In this document: positions 13,204 through 24,312 of the stretch, one piece after another
Layout of the letters: each line of letters begins with the position of its first letter
Numbering within the stretch: the stretch's first letter is position 1
Assembly: GCA_048213135.1 (NCBI GenBank)
Contig: PS015269.1
Location: forward strand, 44,490-82,747
Length of the DNA: 38,258 nucleotides
Source: Reclinomonas americana ATCC 50394
Lineage: Eukaryota
Direction of reading: 5' to 3'
Made by a program: the position numbers and the translations under genes
The notes under the pieces: generated by a model
Databases searched by the model: none
What the model was told of the DNA's origin: nothing
Seen by the model: only the letters and a program-made list of their open reading frames with translations

Positions 13204-14292
13204 ATGCATCTCCACGCCGAGTTGCGAGGCCACACTCACGAGGTGCGTTCACTCGCGGTGAGCAGCGACGGCACGCAATTGGTCTCGTGCGGCCTGGACA
13301 AGTCAGTGCGCGTGTGGTCGCTGCGTCGCCGAGAGCAAGTGTGCCTCATGCATCCGCCACACGCCGATCGTGTGTGGTGTGTGGCTCTCTCGCACACCGA
13401 CCCTCGTGCAGTTTCGTGCAGCGCCGATGGCACTGTGCGAGTGTGGTCACTCGATGGTGGTGGCGAGGAGGAGCGTCGGTTGGTGATCGGCGGTCGTCAA
13501 CACATGCGATCGGTGGCTGTCTCTGCCGACGGGCGGCATCTGGTCGGCGGCGGACAAGACGGCTCTGTGCGTGTGTGGTCTCTGATTACGGGTGAGCTGC
13601 TGTGGCAGCACACCAAGCACGCGCACTGGGTGCTCGCTGTGGCCATCAGCCCCGATGGACGGCGCATTGTGTCTGCCGGTTCCGACACGGCACTGCGCGT
13701 GTGGTGGCTGGAGAGTGGCGAGGAGGAGGTGGAGGGGCGACAGGTGAGAGGCCACTCGAACACGATTACGTCGGCGGTGTTTATGGCCAGCGGGGAGCAC
13801 GTGGTGACGAGCAGTATGGACTGGACGGTGCGCATGTGGGTGCTGGCGAGCGGCAAAGAGGTGCTGCGGCTGAGGGGTCACACGGCCGGTGTGCACGCGG
13901 TGCTGGTGTGCCCCGATGAGCGACACGCCGTGACGAGTGCGGGCGACCGGACGATGCGCATGTGGTCGCTGGAGAGCGGCGACGAGCTGCACCGATGGAA
14001 CTCGTTCGCGGGCGGCACTGTTCTGGCGCTGGCGGCGACGCCCGACGGTCGGCGTGTGGTGTCGGCCGGCGCCGATCGAGTCGTGCGCGTGTGGGACACG
14101 CCGTACGGGCTGGCGCGTGATGAGCTCGACTGCGCCGAGGATGCGTTGCTGGCGGTGCGAGAGGAGGAGCCGGAGGAAGAAGATGAAGGGATCGATCGGC
14201 GCTGTCTGGTGGAGATTGTGCTGCGGTGTTTTCTGGTAGAGGACGCACGTGTGGTGGTGCATCGAAATGTGGTGCGACCGCAGTTTGAGTGA
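13204..14292 (+). CDS. WD40-repeat protein (7 repeats, one beta-propeller) with short acidic/helical C-terminal tail
   Basis: Single uninterrupted 362-aa ORF with seven repeats of type GH...V.(S/A)VA.SPDG..IVS.G.D.TVRVW, e.g. RGHTHEVRSLAVSSDGTQLVSCGLDKSVRVW and GTVLALAATPDGRRVVSAGADRVVRVWD. Confidence 0.93.
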   Translation: MHLHAELRGHTHEVRSLAVSSDGTQLVSCGLDKSVRVWSLRRREQVCLMHPPHADRVWCVALSHTDPRAVSCSADGTVRVWSLDGGGEEERRLVIGGRQHMRSVAVSADGRHLVGGGQDGSVRVWSLITGELLWQHTKHAHWVLAVAISPDGRRIVSAGSDTALRVWWLESGEEEVEGRQVRGHSNTITSAVFMASGEHVVTSSMDWTVRMWVLASGKEVLRLRGHTAGVHAVLVCPDERHAVTSAGDRTMRMWSLESGDELHRWNSFAGGTVLALAATPDGRRVVSAGADRVVRVWDTPYGLARDELDCAEDALLAVREEEPEEEDEGIDRRCLVEIVLRCFLVEDARVVVHRNVVRPQFE

Positions 14293-14419
14293 GGGGAATG
14301 AAGAAGGAGAGGGAGGAGAGGAGGCAAGGAGGCAAGGAGGAAGGGAGAGGATGGTAAAGAAAAGATGCACATTTGAGTACTGTACATTTAAAAAGGAGAG
14401 AGAGCTCTGAGAGAGAAAA

Positions 14420-15352
14420 ACACGCACGATCCTCTGCAACACACCGCTCAGTGAGACGAAGCCATGCAGGTTAAAGAGCACACAGAACAGGCCAACAGTT
14501 CCAAAAGAGATAAGCGCACACGCCACACTTGCAATCGCTGCGTGCACACAGTCCGTGAACAGGATGACAACGATGTGCACAACAGAACACGATCATTATC
14601 GTACCTGCCCATTCAAAAAGCCCACCAAAATCGCTGCACTGAAGTCCACAGTGGGCGAAGGTGACAACGATGCCCACACAGTTACGATCGCATGCACACC
14701 TGCTCCCAGTCGAATCGCTCGCACCTCAATCAAACTTCCCATCGTCGCCATCGGAGTCACTCAGTAAGAGGTTGAGCGCAATCACCAGTGTTCCACCCAC
14801 GAGCCAAATCGATGCCGACAACCTGCTCATAGTTCACATAAGAAGCAAGATACACAATGGAGAAGAAGAGCGATCGCACATTTGCACACTGCCCAACGCC
14901 AGTGTGACTCTGCGTGTGTGTGCGCACATTGTGTGAGAGAGTGTGTGTGAGAGAGGAGAAGAGCGATCGATGATGACTGACCGATCGAGCATTGATGCCG
15001 GGCCCATACTTACATCGACCGCAAAGTACACTGTGCAGGAGAGAGTGAGCGCACACTCTCACTCACTCACAGACAGAGAGAGGCACTCACCGAGAACTGT
15101 CAGAGAGTGAGAGAGAGAAGACAAAGGGAGTGAGTGAGTGAGTCGCGATTCGAAACTGACACAGGCACACACAGAGAAAGAGAGAGCGTCTTGCAATGCG
15201 TGAGGAGACGAGCGACTCACCGCCACCTGTGAGTGTGTGTCACACGCAGAAAGAGTGAGTGAGTGAGTAAGTGACACTGTGTGAGACTGAGAGAGAAATC
15301 GCTCACCAACGGCGAGCAGAAAGAGCCCAACGATGAACATTACTTTTGACAT
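14420..15352 (-). CDS. Putative small membrane/secreted protein built from micro-exons
   Basis: ATG 15352; exon to 15307 (MSKVMFIVGLFLLAV, donor GTGAGC), 6-nt exons 15226-15221 and 15096-15091 (each CAG|..|GTGAGT), 17-nt exon 15030-15014 (donor GTAAGT). These join in frame as MSKVMFIVGLFLLAVGGVLVYFAVD. Downstream exons (14910-14420) and the stop are ambiguous. Confidence 0.5.
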
Positions 15353-15529
15353 GGTTAGCTGCGATGCTCTGTGTCTCTCACGCACTCCACACACACTCGA
15401 CTGTGACAATGACAATGACATGAATATCGAGGACAAGTCCGAAGTTCATTCATAGCGTGAAGTTATAAGTGGGGAGGGGAAAAGGATGCGTAGGCATTGC
15501 GTGTGTAACGTGTGTGCGTTTGTAGGTGA

Positions 15530-16983
<1,454 letters not shown>

Positions 16984-17759
16984 CTGTGAAAGGAGAGGCG
17001 GATAAGAAAAGGGGGAGAAGATGAAGACGGGTCAACAGGAAGAGAGGGGAAATGAGAAACAGAAAGAGGACGGCGAGTATAAACACGCAAAACAGAAGAG
17101 CGGGAGAGGGAGGGAGGGAAGGATAAATAGAAAAGGAGAACCAGAGGAGTAAAGTGAGAGAGAGACAGAGACAGGGAGGACAGGATGTAAGAAAAACTAG
17201 AGACGACAGAAGCAACAAGTGGAGAAAAGGAGAGCATCTGAAATGTGGATTGCAAGCGAGCGAAGAGGGAGGGAGCAAGAGAAAAGTTGAGGAAGCGAGA
17301 ATACTGCAGTAACAGCATGACCCTCCCGTCCATGCACGGAGCACTCCACTCTGTCTCAATAGCTGCCCCTATTTTCGCTTCCTCCTTCTGCAATTCTTGT
17401 CTCTCATTTCTCAATCTGTCTCTCTCTCTCTCTCTTTCTCTCTGTGCGTGCTCGTACGAGAGTGTGCATACCCTCTTCTGCCTCCACCCTTCGTTCATCA
17501 CCCGCTGTCTCGCTCCCTCTTCCCCTGCTCCCTTTTCCTCTGCTCCGTTTTCCTCTGCTCCCTCTTCCTCTGCTCCGTTTTCGTCTCATCTCTCTCTCCC
17601 CCTCTGCTCCCTCTTCCTTCCACAACTTCCTTCCTCCCTTTCCCTCTCTCCCTCCCCNNNNNNNNNNNNNNNNNNNNNNNNNNNNNNNNNNNNNNNNNNN
17701 NNNNNNNNNNNNNNNNNNNNNNNNNNNNNNNNNNNNNNCTCTCTCTCTCTGTTGTTCTC

Positions 17760-17838
<79 letters not shown>

Positions 17839-17992
17839 TCTCTCTCTCTCTCTCTCTGTCTGTCTGTTTGTCTGTCTATCTGCCTCTCCCTGTTATTGTT
17901 ACCCATACTCCTTTGTACTCTTCTCATTCTCCTGCTGTAGCTTGATCCCTGCCTACCTTCTTCTCCTAACCCCTTCCCTCCCCACCTCGCAG

Positions 17993-18467
17993 CCCCGCCT
18001 ACCGCTTCGTCAAACACGACGCCGAGAAAGGCACCATTCGCTGGGGCCCACGACCCACCCGCCTCACCTCGTTCCTCCCGCTCAGCGAAGTGCGTTACGT
18101 GGTGTACGGCAGTTTCTCGCAAGCTTTCAAGCGCAACATTATGATGCTGGATCGTTGCGCTTTTCGCCCACCGCGTTATTTAAGTGACACCTTGCCTGCT
18201 GACTCCGCTCACACAGCGTCGTCACGGTACTGCTGCTTTTCGCTAATCTGCGACGCGCGCACGGTGGACTTCGTCGCCGACACGAACGAGATTGCCGAGA
18301 CGTGGTACCTGGCACTGCAGTCGCTCGTGGGCGCGCGCATGTTGGAGGAGGGTCGGCGGTTGCTCACGCGCGGTCAGATGATTGTCAAGCGCATGGTGCA
18401 CTCGCTGACGCTGGACGATCCGTGCCGACGCACGTTCTCGCAGTTGGTCATGGATGCGGTGCGAAGG
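17993..18467 (+). CDS. Exon encoding the body of a PLC-type PH domain
   Basis: PAYRFVKHDAEKGTIRWG...LSEVRYVVYG.FSQAFKR...CCFSLICDARTVDFVADTNEIAETWYLALQSLV matches the PLC-type PH pattern FSLI...RTLDL.A.....A..W..GL..L. Phase-2 acceptor at 17993, phase-0 donor AGG|GTGAGT at 18468. Confidence 0.85.
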
Positions 18468-19265
18468 GTGAGTGCTCTGAANNNNNNNNNNNNNNNNNNN
18501 NNNNNNNNNNNNNNNNNNNNNNNNNNNNNNNNNNNNNNNNNNNNNNNNNNNNNNNNNNNNNNNNNNNNNNNNNNNNNNNNNNNNNNNNNNNNNNNNNNNN
18601 NNNNNNNNNNNNNNNNNNNNNNNNNNNNNNNNNNNNNNNNNNNNNNNNNNNNNNNNNNNNNNNNNNNNNNNNNNNNNNNNNNNNNNNNNNNNNNNNNNNN
18701 NNNNNNNNNNNNNNNNNNNNNNNNNNNNNNNNNNNNNNNNNNNNNNNNNNNNNNNNNNNNNNNNNNNNNNNNNNNNNNNNNNNNNNNNNNNNNNNNNNNN
18801 NNNNNNNNNNNNNNNNNNNNNNNNNNNNNNNNNNNNNNNNNNNNNNNNNNNNNNNNNNNNNNNNNNNNNNNNNNNNNNNNNNNNNNNNNNNNNNNNNNNN
18901 NNNNNNNNNNNNNNNNNNNNNNNNNNNNNNNNNNNNNNNNNNNNNNNNNNNNNNNNNNNNNNNNNNNNNNNNNNNNNNNNNNNNNNNNNNNNNNNNNNNN
19001 NNNNNNNNNNNNNNNNNNNNNNNNNNNNNNNNNNNNNNNNNNNNNNNNNNNNNNNNNNNNNNNNNNNNNNNNNNNNNNNNNNNNNNNNNNNNNNNNNNNN
19101 NNNNNNNNNNNNNNNNNNNNNNNNNNNNNNNNNNNNNNNNNNNNNNNNNNNNNNNNNNNNNNNNNNNNNNNNNNNNNNNNNNNNNNNNNNNNNNNNNNNN
19201 NNNNNNNNNNNNNNNNNNNNNNNNNNNNNNNNNNNNNNNNNNNNNNNNNNNNNNNNNNNNNNNNN

Positions 19266-20440
19266 ACCCCCAGCAACAGCGCCATCACTCCCTCCTACTC
19301 CATGTATGTCACGGCGCCGGCCTCGCTCCCCTCGCTCGGCTCACCGGCGGCGTCGCTCGGCGCCCGTGTGGTCACCCACGCCGAAATCAGTGCCATCGGC
19401 CTGACCACCACCACGTCGCGGTTGGTCGACAGCAGCGGTCGCCCCTCCGGCATGTCGGCCTCGGCGCCGACGTCGCCCGTCGGAGGCGATGCCGGTGGGG
19501 CCTCTGGTTCTGCTGCTGCCGCTGGCGCCGGCGCCAACGAGTTGCGCGGCTGGATGCAGAAGCGATGCGGCATGCTGAACTCGTGGAAGCGGCGGTACTA
19601 TGTGCTGCGCGGCGCCACCATTGTGCAATTCCACTCGCCGGCCGAGTTGGAGCGGAAAGTCGAGCCCGGTTTGGTCATTCGTTGCGTGTGTTTTTGTGAA
19701 GCGATTTCTGGGCGGTGGGAGAGAAACAATCGAGTTGACATGAGTGCTGCAGCTGTCGGCCCCGCTGTCCTCGTTCGTCGGTCGCGTCCAGGTGAGGGTG
19801 ACAGTGAGAGTAATTCGCATTGATTCATTCTGTGCGAGAGGGAGTGAGCGAGAGTGAGATAATTGCCTGTTTGCTGTTCTCTCTCTCCCCCTCTCGCTCT
19901 CCCTGCCCTCTTCTCTCACTCCCGCATCCCCAGACGAGGTCAACAAACAGCCGGTCATTGTCATCGAATCCTCGAACCGCGTCTTCTATCTGCACCCGAT
20001 GGGTGGCGACAAGGAGGCTGAGACGCAACGATGGCTCCAGGCTGTGCATGATTTGCACAAGGTGTGCAGCATGCCGTGTTGGACGCTTCAGCATTCGCTA
20101 CTCACTGCCCTGTGGCAATCTTCGCAGTCTTCGTTCCACAATCAGGTCGAGGATGTGCTGAGCACGCGCATGGGTCGCCGTATGTCGCTCTCTGATCTCC
20201 CGCACTCGTACTCGGCACCCATGTTCCTCGAGTCCGGGCAAGTGGACACTGAATTCGCACAAATGCATCGCGCGGCGCACGAAGTTCCCCGTTGTGCTGT
20301 TGACGAGCCATACGCGCCGGCGAGCTCATTCAAGCATGTCTCTGTCCACAGGTTAGACTCGAGGTGCTGTCGGAGAGGCGGCTGCAGTTTATCGCCAACG
20401 GCTCGTTGCTGCTGAAATTCCCGTATCACAAGCGAGCGCG
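19266..20440 (+). CDS. Exons encoding a Ser/Ala/Pro-rich linker, a canonical PH domain and the first strand of the second (PLC-type) PH domain
   Basis: LRGWMQKRCGMLNSWKRRYYVLRG ... VIVIESSNRVFYLHP..KEAETQRWLQAVH; last exon 20352-20440 encodes LQFIANGSLLLKFPYHKRA and ends with a phase-2 donor CG|GTGAGT. Confidence 0.85.
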
Positions 20441-20699
20441 GTGAGTGCCAGAGCAGGAGACTGAGAGATGGAGAAAAGGAGACTGAGAGGAGGAGTGTCT
20501 GTAGTGANNNNNNNNNNNNNNNNNNNNNNNNNNNNNNNNNNNNNNNNNNNNNNNNNNNNNNNNNNNNNNNNNNNNNNNNNNNNNNNNNNNNNNNNNNNNN
20601 NNNNNNNNNNNNNNNNNNNNNNNNNNNNNNNNNNNNNNNNNNNNNNNNNNNNNNNNNNNNNNNNNNNNNNNNNNNNNNNNNNNNNNNNNNNNNNNNNNN

Positions 20700-23132
20700 G
20701 GAGTCGCTGCCGGGCGAGCCCACGAGCGGAGCCGGTGGTGCGGAGGAGGAGCCGGCGACGTCGCGGAGGGCGGAGGGGGTGAGGCGGGCTGTGAGATGCG
20801 AGGTGGAAGGTGAGGCCAGGGGGGAGAGCGATAGAAAAGAGGGGGAGGGGGACAGAACATGCAGCGGGGGCGACGGCAGATTGCGCGTGTGTGACGGCAG
20901 ACTCCACGGAGGCAGCTGCGGGTCTCCGAGTGAGCGATAGTGAAGAGTCGGGTGAAGACAGGCTGCGAAGACAAACCAGAAGATGCCGAGTCCACGTGCG
21001 CCAATGCGGACGCTTGTGCACGGGAAGCAGCAGATTCCGCAGAGGCAGCTGCAAAACACAAAGCAATGAGCGACAGCTTGACAAGAACTGAGTAGGATAG
21101 CGAAACACACCAGCCGACTCCACATGGGATGCTGGAGCGACAACAGCAGGAGCATGAGAGGCCACAGATTCCACAGAGGCAGCTGCACACAAAACAGTAA
21201 GTGAGAGAAGGGCACCAGCTGAGAAGGACCGCGTGACACACTTACCAGCGGGAGCGACCGTCGACTCAACATGCGCCACAGCAGCAACATGTGCGTCGGA
21301 GGCCACAGAGTCCACAGAGGCAGCTGCACAAATTAGGCAGTCAGGAGCAGGAGGAGCTATAATCCACCGAGGGAGAGACACACCAGCAGGCGCCACATAT
21401 GCCACAGCGGAAGCATGTGCGTGGGAGGCCACAGAGTCCACAGAGGCAGCTGCACACACACAAGGCGATGAGGGCAAGCACAGTTTGACTTGCACAGAGT
21501 CAAGCATGACACACCAGCCGAGTCGACATGTGCCACAGCAGGAACGGCAGCGGCGTGTGCGTGTGAGGCCGCAGTTTCCACAGAGGCAGCTGCACACAAA
21601 GCAATGAGAAGCAAGCGCAGCGTGCGCAGAGTCATGGCACAAACCAGCAGGCGCGACGGCGGAGTCGACATGCGCCAATGCGGAAGCTTGTGCGTGGGAA
21701 GCTGCAGATTCCACAGAGGCAGCTGCACGCCACGTCGCGAATGAGAACAGGACACAGCTTGACTTGCACAGAGTCATGGCACAAACCCGCATGTGCCACA
21801 GCAGCAACGTGTGCGTGGGAGGCCACAGAGTCCGCAGAAGCAGCTGCACACAATAGGCAGTTAGGAGCAGGAGGAGCCACAGTCCACTGAGAGCAAGAGA
21901 CACACCAGCAGGTGCGACCGCAGACTCCACATGCGCCACCGCAGCAACATGTGCGTGGGAGGCCACAGAGTCCACAGAGGCAGCTGCACATATTAGGCAG
22001 TCAGGAGCAGGAGGAGCTATAATCCACCAAGGGAGAGACACACCAGCAGGCGCCACATGTGCCACAGCGGAAGCATGTGCGTGGGAGGCCACAGAGTCCA
22101 CAGAGGCAGCTGCACATATTAGGCGGTCAGGAGCAGGATGAGCTATAGTCCACCGAGGGAGAGACACACCAGCAGGCGCCACATGTGCCACAGCGGAAGC
22201 ATGTGCGTGGGAGGCCACTGAGTCCACAGAGGCAGCTGCAAACAACAGGCAATGAGAGCAGGGCACAAGTTGAGAAGGAATGTGTGACACACACACCAGC
22301 AGGCGCGACTGCCGAGTCGACATGCGCCACGGCAGCAACATGTGCGTGGGAGGCCACAGAGTCTACAGAGGCAGCTGCACACACAAGGCAATGAGAGCAG
22401 GGCACCAGTTGAGAAGGAATGTGTGACACACTCACCAGCAGGCGCGACCGCCGACTCCACATGTGCCACGGCAGCAACATGTGCGTGGGAGGCCACAGAT
22501 TCCACAGAGGCAGCTGCACACAATAGGCAGTCAGGAGCAGGAGGAGCCACAGTCCACTGAGAGCAAGAGACACACCAGCAGGTGCGACCGCAGACTCCAC
22601 ATGCGCCACCGCGGAAGCGTGTGCGTGGGAGGCCACAGAGTCCACAGAGGCAGCTGCACACACACAAGGCAATGAGAGACAAGCAGAGCACGACTTGCAC
22701 AGAGTCAAGCATGACACACCAGCAGGCGCGACTGCCGAGTCGACATGCGCCACTGAGCATGCAAAGGCAGAGAGAGAAGATAACAAATTTGAGACTTCAT
22801 CAGTGTGCAACAGAAAAGCGCTCTTTTTTCCACGCGGACGCTCACCTGCTGCTTCTGCAACAGAGGAAGGCGCATGTGTGACTGCATATTGCAGTGAGTG
22901 AGACACAGAGAGAGAGAGAGAGAGAGAGTAAGAGAGAGTAAACTGCAGTGCTGATTTATCACTGCTCACCAGCGATGCTCTCCACAGATGCGTTGACTTG
23001 TGCGACTGTGTGTGTGAGAGAGAGAGAAAGTGAGTGTGTGTGAGAGAGAGAATAGAAAGAGAAGAGAGTGCACCTGCGGAATGCATTTGCCCGTCGACTG
23101 TGACACACAATAAGAATGAGTAACACACACAT

Positions 23133-23178
<46 letters not shown>

Positions 23179-23684
23179 CGCACACACACACACACCTGCG
23201 TGTACGTCCGCCGACATCTGTGTCGCGTCAGTCTGCATGCATTTGTGAGGGAAGAGAGAGAGANNNNNNNNNNNNNNNNNNNNNNNNNNNNNNNNNNNNN
23301 NNNNNNNNNNNNNNNNNNNNNNNNNNNNNNNNNNNNNNNNNNNNNNNNNNNNNNNNNNNNNNNNNNNNNNNNNNNNNNNNNNNNNNNNNNNNNNNNNNNN
23401 NNNNNNNNNNNNNNNNNNNNNNNNNNNNNNNNNNNNNNNNNNNNNNNNNNNNNNNNNNNNNNNNNNNNNNNNNNNNNNNNNNNNNNNNNNNNNNNNNNNN
23501 NNNNNNNNNNNNNNNNNNNNNNNNNNNNNNNNNNNNNNNNNNNNNNNNNNNNNNNNNNNNNNNNNNNNNNNNNNNNNNNNNNNNNNNNNNNNNNNNNNNN
23601 NNNNNNNNNNNNNNNNNNNNNNNNNNNNNNNNNNNNNNNNNNNNNNNNNNNNNNNNNNNNNNNNNNNNNNNNNNNNNNNNNNAC

Positions 23685-23743
<59 letters not shown>

Positions 23744-24052
23744 AAACCTGCATCGAAGGCGCTGAACGACGACGATGTTTGTTCTTGGTTTGGGTGCCGG
23801 CATGACTCATTGCATTCAGGACACAATCGCAAAAATGAATTCATCTGAGCAAGGGCAAAGAAAAGGGACCATAGGCAGGTCAACATAACAAAACAAGATA
23901 CTACATGATGGAGATCTGTTCTAAAAGCACATGCATCTGCAACACAAATTAAACACTTGCTACGTCGACGTCGAGGCCAGCTGGCCATGGCTTTCGTTTC
24001 TCGGCAAAGTCACGCTCGGCCTGCTGTGCTTACTCTGCCAGCTCGTTTCCAT
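20700..24052 (-). CDS. Ala/Val/Ser/His-rich repeat segment encoded by many short phase-1 exons; probable N-terminal part of the PH-PH-EF gene
   Basis: Repeated exons GCAG|CT GCC TCT GTG GA. ... GCT G|GT translate to AASVDSVASHAHASAVAHV(D/E)SAVAP. Shorter related exons lie at 22740-23230, and a final exon SRLTPSALRDVAGSSSAPPAPLVGSPGSDS runs into the gap at 20700. The 5' exons (23749-24052) and start are uncertain. Confidence 0.7.
20859..22755 (-). repeat. Tandem array of ~14 exon+intron units (~120-140 bp period)
   Basis: The plus-strand anchor (g)gcagctgc recurs near 20912, 21044, 21179, 21320, 21447, 21586, 21719, 21839, 21980, 22107, 22232, 22371, 22510 and 22649. Intron sequences also recur as several near-identical types. 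Confidence 0.92.
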
Positions 24053-24312
24053 GTCGATCGCTGCCCTTACCAAGTTGTATTCCTTCGAGAACACCTGTCC
24101 GCCATTGCTCCGACAACTTCCTCGTTGCATTCCTGCCTCCACACTTCCCCACCAGCCCGATCCCTGTCTGCCATCTCCCTTCCCCTTTTCATCACATTCC
24201 TCCACACTTCCCTCTAGCCCGATCCCTGTCTGTAATCTCCCTTCCCTTTTTCATCACACTCCTCCACACTTCCCCACCAGCTCTGCCATCATCCCCCCTT
24301 CCCTTCATTCAT

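Larger units (their letters stand above)
17658..20699. other. Three assembly gaps (17658-17738, 18482-19265, 20508-20699) isolating two small contigs
   Basis: N-runs seen directly; further gaps at 3148-3570, 10084-10768 and 23264-23682. Confidence 0.98.

Noticed and set aside
13447-14580. 377-aa antisense ORF over the WD40 gene
   Set aside because: It is a shadow frame of a GC-rich CDS with no recognisable domain.
17330-17501. Coiled-coil-like ORF (RERDRLRNERQELQKEEAK) as first exon of the EF-hand gene
   Set aside because: It derives from a GA-rich tract with no convincing phase-matched donor. It is better explained as the 5' half of the intron joining the PH exon to the EF exon.
20859-22755. 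CRISPR-like array (conserved repeat with variable spacers)
   Set aside because: The context is eukaryotic with no cas genes. The repeats are coding exons, and the spacers are GT-AG introns that themselves recur.
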